Origin: a virus
Strand: one strand, 5' to 3'
Length of the DNA: 64,000 bases
Virus genome (UHGV): UHGV-1352914
Both the position numbers and the translations under genes were made by a program. Positions 7,768-17,550 of this stretch are shown piece by piece. Below the pieces are notes generated by a model. The model was not told the DNA's origin. It did no database searches and saw only the letters and a list, made by a program, of their open reading frames with translations. The first letter of the stretch is position 1. Every line of letters begins with the position of its first letter.

Positions 7768-9686
7768 TGCACGAAGAAATAGACCACCCCCCTGTATCAT
7801 TTTCACTGCCTCACATTCCGGGGTATGAAATGGAGATTACAGACGACCAGACCAAGCTGACAGGCGATACCCTTGCCGTTGACTTTGAAACGTACTACGA
7901 GGGCAAATACTCCCTTAAGTTCATGGACCCGCATTCCTACTGTCTGGACCCACGGTTCGACGCATACATCATGTCCGTCTATGACGGGAAGTATTGCTGG
8001 GTAGGACATCCGAAGGATTTTGACTGGGAGAAAACTACGAAGGACAAAACCCTCGTCGCGTTTAACGCCAGCTTCGACTATGCCGTTTACCTCTTCGGGC
8101 TTCACGCGCCGGGGGCCAAGGGCATCCCATGCACTCCCGGTTTCCGGCCACCATTCCGGGAGTGGCTCTGTTCCCGTGCCGCTTCCAACTATCTTGCCAT
8201 CTATGGTTCTCTTGACAAGATTGTCGCAAAGCTTTGGGGAGTAGAGATTAGCAAGGAAGTCCGAGCCAAAGCCGAAGGCGTTGATTTCCGCAAGATGGAG
8301 GTCATCCCCGACGACATGAAGGAATACGTGGCGGGTGATAGTTACTACTGTCTCGCCTTGTGGGACAAGATGAAGAACTTTTGGCCGGAAGATGAACGTG
8401 AATGCTGGCTCAATACCTGCATCATGGGATGGCGTGGGGTTCCGACTTCCCGCCAGTATCTTCTTGATGGATTGGAGAAACTCCATCAAGCACAAGAAGA
8501 ATACAAGGAAGCCATTCCTCTCGAAAAGAAACTCTCCATCCCCCAGCTACGCAAGGCGTGCGAGAGATTGGATATTCCCCCGCCGGAGACAACAAGTAAG
8601 GCCAGCGAAGATTTTACGGACTGGCTGGAAGAGTACGGCCATCTCGTTCCGTGGGTAACTCTTATCGGGAAGTACCGGAGCGTGAACCGCATGATTAGCA
8701 TTACCGAGCGTATGCTTTCCCGCGTCTATACGGACCACGAAGGTGTTGAACGGCTTCCCTATACGCTGACCTATTGTGGAGCAAGTACGGGCCGTTGGTC
8801 TGCCGGAGGGGATAAGCTCAACCTGCAACAGCTTAACCGTGAAGATGTTCTGGGCTTTAACCAGCGCAATGCCATTCAAGCACCCGAAGGGTTTAAGCTT
8901 GTAGTATGTGACTGGGCCGGGATTGAAGCACGTCTGACCGCATGGCTCTGCGGGCAGGAGAAAATTCTTAACTCCCTCCGTGGGGGCGAGAAGGACATCT
9001 ATGCCGCTAACGCGAAAGGCTGGGGCCTCATTCCTGATGACGTTGAGGACTTCAAGCAGTACTGTAAGGAAACTCCGGGAAAAGCGGACCTTCGTCAGCA
9101 CGTGAAGGCTGGGGTACTTGCCTGTGGCTATAGTGCGGGCTGGTCTGCAATTCAACGCGCAAACCCCGGAATGGACAGGAACCAGTGCCAAGCGATTGTG
9201 GATATGTATCGCAGTCGTAGCCCGGAAGTAGTTGCATGGTGGAAAGAGTTGAACGCATTAGCGGCTCGTGGCTATCGTACCCCCTCCCATAGCTTCGCGC
9301 TCTCCCTCCCCTCTGGCCGGAAGCTCTATTATCGTAACTGTTACAAGAAGCTCGTTCAACCTAAAGATGGTCGTCGCCCCTATATCGCAACCTGCGTCGA
9401 TTTAGGATACAAGACCTCTATTGTCAACACCAACCTCCTTAGCAACAATAACATACAGGCAATCGCACGTGACCTCATGGTCACCACGTTCAACCGCTTG
9501 TGCAGGGAGTTAGAGGGTGCGCAACCTATCCTTCTCGTACATGACGAAGCCGTAGTGATGGTCCCGGCTGACCGTGCCGAGGAATACGCCCAGCACATTG
9601 AACAGATAATGGAAGAAACTCCGCAGTGGGCTTCCTCCCTTCCGCTCCTTGCTGAACCTGAAATCATGGACCGGTATCACAAATAA
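7767..9686 (+). CDS. Family-A DNA polymerase (Pol I-like, with 3'-5' exo motif)
   Basis: Exo I 'LAVDFETYY'; motif A 'VVCDWAGIEARLTA'; motif B 'RQHVKAGVLACGYSAG'; motif C 'LLVHDEAVV'. Confidence 0.9.
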   Translation: MHEEIDHPPVSFSLPHIPGYEMEITDDQTKLTGDTLAVDFETYYEGKYSLKFMDPHSYCLDPRFDAYIMSVYDGKYCWVGHPKDFDWEKTTKDKTLVAFNASFDYAVYLFGLHAPGAKGIPCTPGFRPPFREWLCSRAASNYLAIYGSLDKIVAKLWGVEISKEVRAKAEGVDFRKMEVIPDDMKEYVAGDSYYCLALWDKMKNFWPEDERECWLNTCIMGWRGVPTSRQYLLDGLEKLHQAQEEYKEAIPLEKKLSIPQLRKACERLDIPPPETTSKASEDFTDWLEEYGHLVPWVTLIGKYRSVNRMISITERMLSRVYTDHEGVERLPYTLTYCGASTGRWSAGGDKLNLQQLNREDVLGFNQRNAIQAPEGFKLVVCDWAGIEARLTAWLCGQEKILNSLRGGEKDIYAANAKGWGLIPDDVEDFKQYCKETPGKADLRQHVKAGVLACGYSAGWSAIQRANPGMDRNQCQAIVDMYRSRSPEVVAWWKELNALAARGYRTPSHSFALSLPSGRKLYYRNCYKKLVQPKDGRRPYIATCVDLGYKTSIVNTNLLSNNNIQAIARDLMVTTFNRLCRELEGAQPILLVHDEAVVMVPADRAEEYAQHIEQIMEETPQWASSLPLLAEPEIMDRYHK

Positions 9687-11041
9687 TGAGTGCGCTCACT
9701 CCATTCCCGCCCCAAGAAGATTGCATCCATAATATGGTGGACGCAATTACCCGGCACGGCTATGTAATAAATAAATCCTGCACGGGTACGGGGAAGACGC
9801 TGGTCACCATTGAAACCGCGAAGGCTATGGGTAAGAAACTTCTTGTTATCTGCCCGGCCATTGTTGTCACCCAATGGAAGCGAGCGATTGAACAGCAAGG
9901 AGCGGATGTGGTGGACGTCCTCTCATGGGAGAAGGTGCGCAGGGGGAGTACCCCCTACTACAAACGCCCGACAAAGATTCCCAAGTCCCGGATAGTCTTC
10001 GGGGCTTGGACCCTCCCTGACAACTCGTTGCTTGTATTCGATGAAAGCCACAAGGCCAAAACGTATGGCAGTCAGAGCAACATCATGGCATTAACCGCGG
10101 CCCATCAAGGGCTTCCGACGATTATGCTCTCTGCCACTCCGTTTATGTCTCCCCTCGACATGAGCGTTCCCGCAACGTATGCCAAGTGGATTCGAGACCC
10201 AAGGCGAGGGTTCTGGCTCTGGGCACGTATGCACGGATGCACCGATAGCTTCTGGGGAGGTATCGAGTTTAAGCTCAACCCACGCAACCTCGCCAAGATG
10301 GAGAGCCTGAAACAAAAGCTCTTCACCACCGGGGTTATGACAGAGATTGACAAGGATAGACTTGACACTTTCTTCCCGGAGAATAGAATCGAATACCTAA
10401 CCGTGGACGTGGACATGAAAGGCATGAGAGAGATTAAACAGTTGCAGAAAGCACTTGACAAGCTGGACAAATCTTGGAGCCAGTCCATCCAATGGGCTAA
10501 CGAGAAGGGAACCGAACTTTCTGCTATCGTTGAACTCCTTCGGCTTCGCCAGCAATCTGAACTGGCTAAGCTCCCCACGATGGCAGAGAAGGCAGTTGAA
10601 CTTCTGGACAGCGGATATAGCGTCGCCATCTTCGTGTCCTTCCTCGACAGTCTCGCTACACTCTCGGAACTCATTAACAATAAATCGGGAAGAACCATTC
10701 CCTACTCCGAGATTAGTGGAGCGGTGATTGGAGATAGCCGACAAGAAGAGGTGGACAAGTTCCAACGGAATGAAGTTCCGCTTGCTCTCGTGCAGATTAG
10801 CGCAGGAGGAACGGGGGTATCGCTTCACGACACCGAGGGTGGCCACCCACGCGCCGCACTCATTTCACCTGATTTTTCCCTTTGCTCGCTATTGCAAGCC
10901 CAAGGACGTATCGCCCGCCTCGGCGCAAAGTCACACACACTGCAATATATCGTGACTGCCTCCGGTACGGTGGAAGAACGAATCATACAATCACTCAACA
11001 CAAAAGAAATTTGTCTTAACGCATTAACATCAAATGGCTAA
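9686..11041 (+). CDS. SF2 helicase (DEAD/SNF2-like)
   Basis: Walker A 'SCTGTGKT', DExH 'VFDESHKAK', motif VI 'QAQGRIARLG'. Confidence 0.85.
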   Translation: MSALTPFPPQEDCIHNMVDAITRHGYVINKSCTGTGKTLVTIETAKAMGKKLLVICPAIVVTQWKRAIEQQGADVVDVLSWEKVRRGSTPYYKRPTKIPKSRIVFGAWTLPDNSLLVFDESHKAKTYGSQSNIMALTAAHQGLPTIMLSATPFMSPLDMSVPATYAKWIRDPRRGFWLWARMHGCTDSFWGGIEFKLNPRNLAKMESLKQKLFTTGVMTEIDKDRLDTFFPENRIEYLTVDVDMKGMREIKQLQKALDKLDKSWSQSIQWANEKGTELSAIVELLRLRQQSELAKLPTMAEKAVELLDSGYSVAIFVSFLDSLATLSELINNKSGRTIPYSEISGAVIGDSRQEEVDKFQRNEVPLALVQISAGGTGVSLHDTEGGHPRAALISPDFSLCSLLQAQGRIARLGAKSHTLQYIVTASGTVEERIIQSLNTKEICLNALTSNG

Positions 11042-12248
11042 TAACGAAACCAACACTCACAGCAAGTACAGTCCGAGTAAGATGGCGTTGCTCGCTACCT
11101 GTCCCGGATATGTTCCACGCCCCATGACCCAAGAGGAAGAAGAGGATGACTTCTCCCCGGCGGCCATTGGCACTCGTGTTCACGCGGCCCTCGAAACCAA
11201 GAATCCAGATTCCCTTTTGACCAAGCATGAGCACATCCTCTACACCGCGGCCTCCAACATGGTCGAACGGCTCATGTCTATCTTTATGACCGAGGTACAA
11301 ACGGACAAGGTAGAAGTTCTTCCGGAGCATAAGTTTGAGGGAATTGTCTTCAATCCCGACGACGATGCACAGACAGGAACGGCTGACGTTCTTGTCCGGC
11401 ATGGTGATACCTCCATGATTATTGACTACAAGATGGGGATGGTCCCCGTATCCGACCCTGCCGAGAATACCCAGTTCATCTACTACGGTATGCTGGAAAT
11501 GGCAGAACGCCCTGAATGTAAGCGCATTATCCTCGCGGTGGTACAGCCCAGCCAGACAGAGAGCATGAAGATGGCGGCGTTCTACCGTGATGGTAAGGGG
11601 CCGAAGTTCACCACCGACATGCCCGCAGTCCCAATGGACGAGGCTACCGCAAGGGGAAACATGAGCGCAGTCATTGCCCGCCATTGCCGTGATGCGGAGA
11701 ATCCCTATGCCTACTCCTCCTCTCCACACGTCTGCCCCTACTGTTCCCGTCTCGCCCGGTGCAAGAAGGTGACTAGCATGGCCCGTAACTTCTCACTTAA
11801 AGTATTGAAGGACAAGGACCTAGCGGAGGGAATGATTGACAATGTCGGTACGGCGATGGACAACCCGGAAACCCTTGGCTCCCTGCTTTCCTTTGCAAAC
11901 ATTATCGCGGAGGCCAACAAGGTACACAAGGACTATGCCAAGACCCTCTTCGCTTGTGGCATTGATGTTCCCGGCTGGAAGTATGCAAGGCGAGGCAATA
12001 CTGTGAAGGTGGACAACGATGCCTTCCGTGCCTACGTCGAGCAGTACATCTCCCCAGAGGAAATTCTGGACAACATCTCCCGCCTTCCTGTGTCGAAGCT
12101 TCTTGACATAGTCGTGGATAAACATAAAGTTGAAGGAGCCACACGCGCCGAGATTAAGGAAGCCAAGGAATCCTTACTCGAAGAGCTTCAAGAACTTGGA
12201 GTAGTGAAGGAAGTGACGAGCGCAATGGCATTACTCAAAATTAAATAA
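11034..12248 (+). CDS. Cas4/RecB-like PD-(D/E)XK nuclease with Fe-S cluster
   Basis: 'TADVLV...IIDYKMG' PD-(D/E)XK core; N-terminal Cys (ATCPG) plus C-terminal C-x2-C-x5-C ('CPYCSRLARC'). Confidence 0.65.
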   Translation: MANNETNTHSKYSPSKMALLATCPGYVPRPMTQEEEEDDFSPAAIGTRVHAALETKNPDSLLTKHEHILYTAASNMVERLMSIFMTEVQTDKVEVLPEHKFEGIVFNPDDDAQTGTADVLVRHGDTSMIIDYKMGMVPVSDPAENTQFIYYGMLEMAERPECKRIILAVVQPSQTESMKMAAFYRDGKGPKFTTDMPAVPMDEATARGNMSAVIARHCRDAENPYAYSSSPHVCPYCSRLARCKKVTSMARNFSLKVLKDKDLAEGMIDNVGTAMDNPETLGSLLSFANIIAEANKVHKDYAKTLFACGIDVPGWKYARRGNTVKVDNDAFRAYVEQYISPEEILDNISRLPVSKLLDIVVDKHKVEGATRAEIKEAKESLLEELQELGVVKEVTSAMALLKIK

Positions 12249-12253
12249 ACCTC

Positions 12254-12281
12254 TTGACATTTCACGAACTTGTGATATGTT
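12254..12281 (+). promoter_or_regulatory. sigma70-like promoter TTGACA-N16-TATGTT
   Basis: Seen in sequence. Confidence 0.45.
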
Positions 12282-12356
12282 CTGTTACGGAAATTGCCGC
12301 GAGTAATTCACCGAGTAAAGAAGCTCGCAAACACAAACCAAGAACAAACGAATACT

Positions 12357-13106
12357 ATGGCTACTAAGAATACTGAACCCAAAGATGACGCATTGGAACT
12401 GGGAACCCCGGAACCCAATCAACTCGCGCTTGCCACGGAATACCATTCCTTCGAGGGCGAGACCGACGCTTCGGACATCCAGATTCCTTACCTCAAACTT
12501 TGGCAAGCCTCCTGCGACGAGGCTAAACTGGAAGAACCAGTGGGTAGTTTGGGTGCGTTCCTTCTCAACGGTCTGGTCGTTGCCGAGCGCAACAATCCTC
12601 TGGAATGTATTGTATTGAAGGCTCGTAAGTTCTTCCGCGAATATATTCCGTACAACGAACGTCAGCCGGGCGTATATGCTAAAACGTGGCTTACGAAGGA
12701 ACAGTACGAAGCAGAAGGCTACGACAAGTCGCAGGTCAACCGCGCCCTCGCCATGTGGCTACTGGTTAAAAAGCCGCAGGGTATTAAGGACGCAAGCACC
12801 ACGGAGGAAGACCTTGATGCTCTCTTCACTATTGACTTCATGGGCGACCAGTGGACGCTGGCACGATACACGCCGGAAGGTAATCAGTATACGGGCGTTG
12901 GTGCTCCCTTCATTCAGTTCATGATGTTGAAGGGGAACAAGCTCGGCTCCCTGCCCTTCCGTGTCCAGATTGGAGCACAGCGAGCGGTCTCCCGTGACGG
13001 TAAGAACAGCTACGCCAAAGCGTATCTCAAGTTCAAACCGCACCCGGTGGAAGGACAGGTTGAAGCTATCCAAGAGATGGGCCTCCTTTCCGCGGTCACC
13101 AAGTAA
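12357..13106 (+). CDS. Hypothetical protein (possible ssDNA-binding/annealing partner of the nuclease)
   Basis: ORF-track start 12294 is a TTG inside the promoter/TSS region; first ATG (MATKNTEP) at 12357; function inferred from position only. Confidence 0.4.
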   Translation: MATKNTEPKDDALELGTPEPNQLALATEYHSFEGETDASDIQIPYLKLWQASCDEAKLEEPVGSLGAFLLNGLVVAERNNPLECIVLKARKFFREYIPYNERQPGVYAKTWLTKEQYEAEGYDKSQVNRALAMWLLVKKPQGIKDASTTEEDLDALFTIDFMGDQWTLARYTPEGNQYTGVGAPFIQFMMLKGNKLGSLPFRVQIGAQRAVSRDGKNSYAKAYLKFKPHPVEGQVEAIQEMGLLSAVTK

Positions 13107-13176
13107 ACCACTCCCGGCTCTGACGGGTTTATCCCGTAGCACCGCATTGCGGGTAAAAAAGGAGCACGTTCTATTC

Positions 13177-13213
13177 GGCCATCATAGTACACTATGGTGG
13201 CCGTCTTATTTTT
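13177..13213 (+). terminator. Hairpin (ggccatcatagt/actatggtggcc) + T-run
   Basis: 12-bp stem with 1 mismatch followed by gtcttattttt. Confidence 0.45.
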
Positions 13214-13218
13214 CCGAC

Positions 13219-13247
13219 TTGACTAGTAGGGGTTTATCCAGTATAGT
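13219..13247 (+). promoter_or_regulatory. sigma70-like promoter TTGACT-N17-TATAGT, -10 ends ~6 nt before the ATG (leaderless)
   Basis: Seen in sequence; ATG of next gene at 13253. Confidence 0.5.
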
Positions 13248-13252
13248 CTGTC

Positions 13253-13765
13253 ATGCAGATATTAGGTTGTGACCCCGGAACCCACGGAGCACTCGTACTC
13301 GCGGACACCCGGACTAAAAAAATCTGGATAAAACACATGCCAGAGGACGAAAGGGAATTGGAGGTAATCCTCAACAAACTGCCGAGTAGCCGTCGTATCA
13401 TGTACATTGAGAAGATGTCCTATGCCATGAGTGGCGGCGGCAAGGTGTCCAATCCGAGAAGTAGCGGCATCCTTGGCGAAGCCACCGGGAAGGTCCTCGG
13501 CTATGCCGCGGCGGCGGGGTACAATATTACACGAGTCCCCCCTGTCGTATGGATGCGGGCTATGGGTGCGTATGATACGGGACTAACCGCAAGGGACCGC
13601 ACGCGGTGGAAGAATAACTTGAAGCGCATCGCAATGGAGAACTTCCCCAATGCGAAGGTGACATTGCAGAACGCTGACGCTCTTCTCATACTACTGTATG
13701 CCTACCGGGAACTGAACAACGACCACACATTAACTCTCGATAGCTGGGACATAGAAAGACTATAA
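13253..13765 (+). CDS. RuvC-like Holliday junction resolvase
   Basis: N-terminal 'ILGCDPGTHGALVLAD' and C-terminal 'NADALLILLYAY' match RuvC catalytic signatures. Confidence 0.7.
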   Translation: MQILGCDPGTHGALVLADTRTKKIWIKHMPEDERELEVILNKLPSSRRIMYIEKMSYAMSGGGKVSNPRSSGILGEATGKVLGYAAAAGYNITRVPPVVWMRAMGAYDTGLTARDRTRWKNNLKRIAMENFPNAKVTLQNADALLILLYAYRELNNDHTLTLDSWDIERL

Positions 13766-13771
13766 CCTATT

Positions 13772-15607
13772 ATGGCACGCCATTTCACGAGATACGGACG
13801 ACAGTGGGAGTACGGGGTATCAGAGCTTGACATTGAACTCTGGTGCTTCAAATACGCATGGCCGGAAGAGAAGGGAGGGCTGGGCAGATACGGCCACGCC
13901 AAGAACGCCATCAACCTCCTGTGGAACTACAAGGGCAGTCCCACCCCCATCGTCTGGACCCCGTGGCTTGAACGCATGATAGAAACGGCGTGCAAGTATG
14001 ATGTGGTCATCATGGGAGGCGGCTCCTCGTCTGGGAAGTCCTTCTCTATGGCTATCATGGCGACGCTCTTCTATCTGGCCGACCCGGTCGATACCCTTTG
14101 CCTCGTCACGTCGACTACCATCGAGGGTGCGAAGAAACGTATCTTCAAGGACATTAAACGACTGTGGCGCAAGGAGTTCCCCGGCAAGCTCGTTGACGGT
14201 AAGGGACAGATTAAAGGCGTGAACGAGAACGGAGGCATTGACGATTCCCGCGGCATCTCTATTATCCCCTGCGCGAACGTCGGCGACCCCAGCAGTCGCT
14301 TTATCGGTATTAAGGCAAAGAACATGCACGTCTTTTACGATGAACTTTCCGAACTGCCAATGGAACTCGTCGAGGTGTGGCGCACCAACCTTATTACCAA
14401 CAGAGCGGACACCCCTCCGACCTTGATGGCCGCGTCCAACCCCAAGAGCCGTACCGATGCCTTCGGTGTGATGGCTATGCCCAAGAATGGGTGGAACAGC
14501 GTTGACATCTTTGAGGAACACGAATGGGAGACCAAGGACGGGATTTACATCCGCTTCGACAACCTCCAAAACCCTCGCATCAAATATGGTCGCGAAGACT
14601 GGAGCTTCTATACGCCGTTGGACATTGTTCAGCAAACGGTTGAACAGTACGGGGAGAATAGCCCGTTCGTGATGCGATTCCACCGGGCCACCTTTTCAGA
14701 TGATGCGGAAGAAGGTTCGCTAATGTCGGAAGCTGAAATTTACGGCAGTGGCGCAGATGCCATGCCCGTCTGGGGAGACGGCGAGTTGATTACCATCGCG
14801 GGATTGGACCCGGCCTATACCAACGGCGGCGACCAGTCATGCTTGAAGCTCGCCAAAGTTGGAAGGACTGTCGAGGGCCTCTGGGCTTGTGCAGTCTTCC
14901 GTACCTATCTGTTGAAGTCTACGTCCGACAAGGAACGGATGAAGCAAAGGAACTTCGACATCGCCCAGCAAGTCGGAGAGATTCTCCGCGCGAACAATGT
15001 CGATAGCAAGTACCTTGCGGTTGACGTAACCGGGGGTACTGGTTTCATCGACATCCTCGCCCAACATGTCGGTACGGACTTCCAGACGGTCAGCTTCGCG
15101 GGTATGGCGAGCAAAGTGCCTATCGGTCTGTTGCAGAATCAGGAGGCATGCCAGCAGTATAGCAACAAGGTCTCCGAGCTTTGGGGTTGTATGAAACTGG
15201 CCATCAACGCTCGCCAACTCTACGGCCTTGACCCGACAACTATCGTCGAGCTTAAATCCCGGCTCTACACCATGAACGGAACCCGAATTGCCGTGGAACC
15301 CAAGGTAGCCATGAAGAAACGGATTCATAAATCCCCGGACAACGCGGACGCCCTAGCTCTACTGGTTCACGTATGCCGGGGAATCATGGGACCAGAGTTC
15401 GGTAAGATTAGGCTTGACATTCAGAATCATAAGGTGGTAGAACATCAAGAGGTAATCAAATATCGCGAAGATGGAACCGCATATATTGAATCCGCGGACA
15501 TTGGCAGATACCTCGGAGGGTTTACCCATGACGGCAACGCCTCCGCTCCTGCTCGCGACACCTTTGCTTCCGATGTATCCACCGCAATGCAAACTCTTTG
15601 GAACTAA
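13772..15607 (+). CDS. Terminase large subunit
   Basis: Walker A 'GGGSSSGKSF', Walker B 'VFYDE', nuclease-domain Asp motifs 'IAGLDPAY' and 'SPDNADALAL'. Confidence 0.85.
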   Translation: MARHFTRYGRQWEYGVSELDIELWCFKYAWPEEKGGLGRYGHAKNAINLLWNYKGSPTPIVWTPWLERMIETACKYDVVIMGGGSSSGKSFSMAIMATLFYLADPVDTLCLVTSTTIEGAKKRIFKDIKRLWRKEFPGKLVDGKGQIKGVNENGGIDDSRGISIIPCANVGDPSSRFIGIKAKNMHVFYDELSELPMELVEVWRTNLITNRADTPPTLMAASNPKSRTDAFGVMAMPKNGWNSVDIFEEHEWETKDGIYIRFDNLQNPRIKYGREDWSFYTPLDIVQQTVEQYGENSPFVMRFHRATFSDDAEEGSLMSEAEIYGSGADAMPVWGDGELITIAGLDPAYTNGGDQSCLKLAKVGRTVEGLWACAVFRTYLLKSTSDKERMKQRNFDIAQQVGEILRANNVDSKYLAVDVTGGTGFIDILAQHVGTDFQTVSFAGMASKVPIGLLQNQEACQQYSNKVSELWGCMKLAINARQLYGLDPTTIVELKSRLYTMNGTRIAVEPKVAMKKRIHKSPDNADALALLVHVCRGIMGPEFGKIRLDIQNHKVVEHQEVIKYREDGTAYIESADIGRYLGGFTHDGNASAPARDTFASDVSTAMQTLWN

Positions 15608-16260
15608 TGCAATTACGAGCCGCCGCAAAGATAGCCGCCCCCAAACCAGTCACGAATGAAAACACTGTCATTAGGAAGGCCATTGAGATGTATAAGGCAG
15701 GGACACCCGTGCCTGTCATCTCCGAGGTAACTGGCCTCCCCCGTGAACGGGTTGATAAGATTGTCGATAGCGTCCAACTCTCGAAGGAGGAACTGGCTAT
15801 CCGCAATGAACTTCTCAATACGTACACGCAGAACACACAGGCCCGCATCCTCCAACGCCAAGAGGCGAGGACGAAGATAGAGCTTGACATTGTCGAATCC
15901 ATGAGCAATCAGTACAAAGAACTGATGAACAAAGGGTTCTCCCGTGTCGCTTCCTTTATGGCTGATGCAGAGATACAATCGATAAAGGATGTCCCTCTCT
16001 TCCTCTCTATCATGGAGCGAAGCCACGGCCTGTGGGAGAGGTTTAACGAAGCGATTGCGAAGCGTGACATGGACCTCTTGTCACAGGTTATCCAGCAGTT
16101 CGAATTGGAACAAACCGAGCTAGTGACGCAGATGGGATTGCAGGGAGGTCCTATTACGCTGAATAAGGATGGCACTCGCCCCGAACTGGAAGAGGGAAGT
16201 GCGGCCAGAACCATCACCTTGAAGCTCAAGAAGAAGGGCGAAAAGCCTGAAGCTGACTAA
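15598..16260 (+). CDS. HTH-domain protein (possible terminase small subunit or regulator)
   Basis: N-terminal helix-turn-helix 'VISEVTGLPRERVDKIV', rest coiled-coil; overlaps TerL stop by 10 nt. Confidence 0.4.
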   Translation: MELMQLRAAAKIAAPKPVTNENTVIRKAIEMYKAGTPVPVISEVTGLPRERVDKIVDSVQLSKEELAIRNELLNTYTQNTQARILQRQEARTKIELDIVESMSNQYKELMNKGFSRVASFMADAEIQSIKDVPLFLSIMERSHGLWERFNEAIAKRDMDLLSQVIQQFELEQTELVTQMGLQGGPITLNKDGTRPELEEGSAARTITLKLKKKGEKPEAD

Positions 16261-16268
16261 AAATAACA

Positions 16269-16296
16269 TTGACAACGTCGTCCATTTGCGTATATT
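16269..16296 (+). promoter_or_regulatory. sigma70-like promoter TTGACA-N16-TATATT, leaderless geometry (ATG at 16303)
   Basis: Seen in sequence. Confidence 0.5.
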
Positions 16297-16302
16297 GAGG
16301 GC

Positions 16303-17061
16303 ATGGCTCAACCCGAATCAATCCAAGAGATATTCCGTCGTTGGACCCCGATAGCTCTCATGAATCTGCCGGAGGAAGTGAAGACCCCCGACACGTTCCC
16401 GGACTATATGGGGACGGACGATGACCCGCTACCTATTGGCTATAGTCGGGGGATTCTGACAGTCATTGGGTACTCTCATGATGTCCGATACCCCTATGTC
16501 GCACAATGCGCCTGTGGAAATGTGGTCACGATGAACTACAACCATTTAACGTGCAAGCAATACCATTGCGGATGCCTGACCCAAATCATGCGTTCGGCTT
16601 ATCTCATTCGCTTGCGCGTCGAGGCTATGCGCTCATGGTGGCAACAGGTTCCTATGTGGCTCGACGACCTTGACAAGCTTCGTGAACATGCGAAGAAGTA
16701 TAGGAAGAGACTCAAGAAAACGAGTAAGTACGACGCCAAACTCACACATGTCGAATACGCGGATGACCCGCTGACGTTTGACCGGGAGGTAGAGGCTTCG
16801 GTCCTTCCCGATAATCCGGACGTTTTCCTCTCCCTCGTGGCACCGTCAGAAGAATATAGCCAATTCCTGCGCGACATTGCCGAGAAGCTGACCAATGTGC
16901 ATAAACCGTGGTCCGCAATTCCTATGGCAAATGCGAGCGCGTATGCCAGTTACAAAAACGAACTGCCCGAATTTGACGCGGCTACCTTCATTAACTTCGT
17001 CAACTACCTTGCGGACGCGCAGGAGGACAAAAACCTGAAACCTACGGACTATGGCAATTAG
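16303..17061 (+). CDS. Hypothetical protein with Cys/His cluster
   Basis: 252 aa; 'CACGN...CKQYHCGC'. Confidence 0.5.
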   Translation: MAQPESIQEIFRRWTPIALMNLPEEVKTPDTFPDYMGTDDDPLPIGYSRGILTVIGYSHDVRYPYVAQCACGNVVTMNYNHLTCKQYHCGCLTQIMRSAYLIRLRVEAMRSWWQQVPMWLDDLDKLREHAKKYRKRLKKTSKYDAKLTHVEYADDPLTFDREVEASVLPDNPDVFLSLVAPSEEYSQFLRDIAEKLTNVHKPWSAIPMANASAYASYKNELPEFDAATFINFVNYLADAQEDKNLKPTDYGN

Positions 17062-17545
17062 CGAAAATGCTACCATCTTCCACGAGGCCGCACGGGATAA
17101 GGAGGTGTGGGGAAAAGCGTGGAGATACCGTGCCTACTACCTTGCATGGGTAAATGGAAGTTCCGCAAGGCTCGCGCCCACAAGGAATGAGGTCATGCAC
17201 CCCTACCCAGACAGAGCGAATCCAACCCATGTGATGACGTTCAAAGATGTCGACCCCGTACATGGGGTGCGTCCTAAATACTTTCGGACAAAGATATTCT
17301 CGAATAGTTCGGAAGCCCCATGCACCGAGCCTTACAGATTAAATCTGGGCAGTCCTCGAAAGTACCCCTTCTTCTCCTACTTGATGTATGAGCCTCTCGT
17401 TGAATCCCAATTTTACTTCCGCTGGTATCTCTTCCAGCAGTTGGTAACTGAAGGGTCATTCAATATCCTGCCGCCTCAAGCGGACACAACCTTGGGCATA
17501 AGGGCTGAACGCCGTGCCCTCAAAGCAACCAAAACAAACAAATAA
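17051..17545 (+). CDS. Hypothetical protein
   Basis: 164-aa ORF, 11-nt overlap with upstream gene. Confidence 0.45.
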   Translation: MAISENATIFHEAARDKEVWGKAWRYRAYYLAWVNGSSARLAPTRNEVMHPYPDRANPTHVMTFKDVDPVHGVRPKYFRTKIFSNSSEAPCTEPYRLNLGSPRKYPFFSYLMYEPLVESQFYFRWYLFQQLVTEGSFNILPPQADTTLGIRAERRALKATKTNK

Positions 17546-17550
17546 ATAAC

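Noticed and set aside
7803-9191. Antisense ORFs (230 aa, 214 aa) inside the DNA polymerase gene
   Set aside because: Pol A motifs A/B/C and Exo I are on the plus strand.
10105-11729. Antisense ORFs (197, 149, 237 aa) inside helicase/nuclease genes
   Set aside because: Walker A/DExH and PD-(D/E)XK motifs identify the plus strand as coding.
13820-14683. 287-aa antisense ORF inside terminase large subunit
   Set aside because: Terminase Walker A/B and nuclease motifs are on the plus strand.
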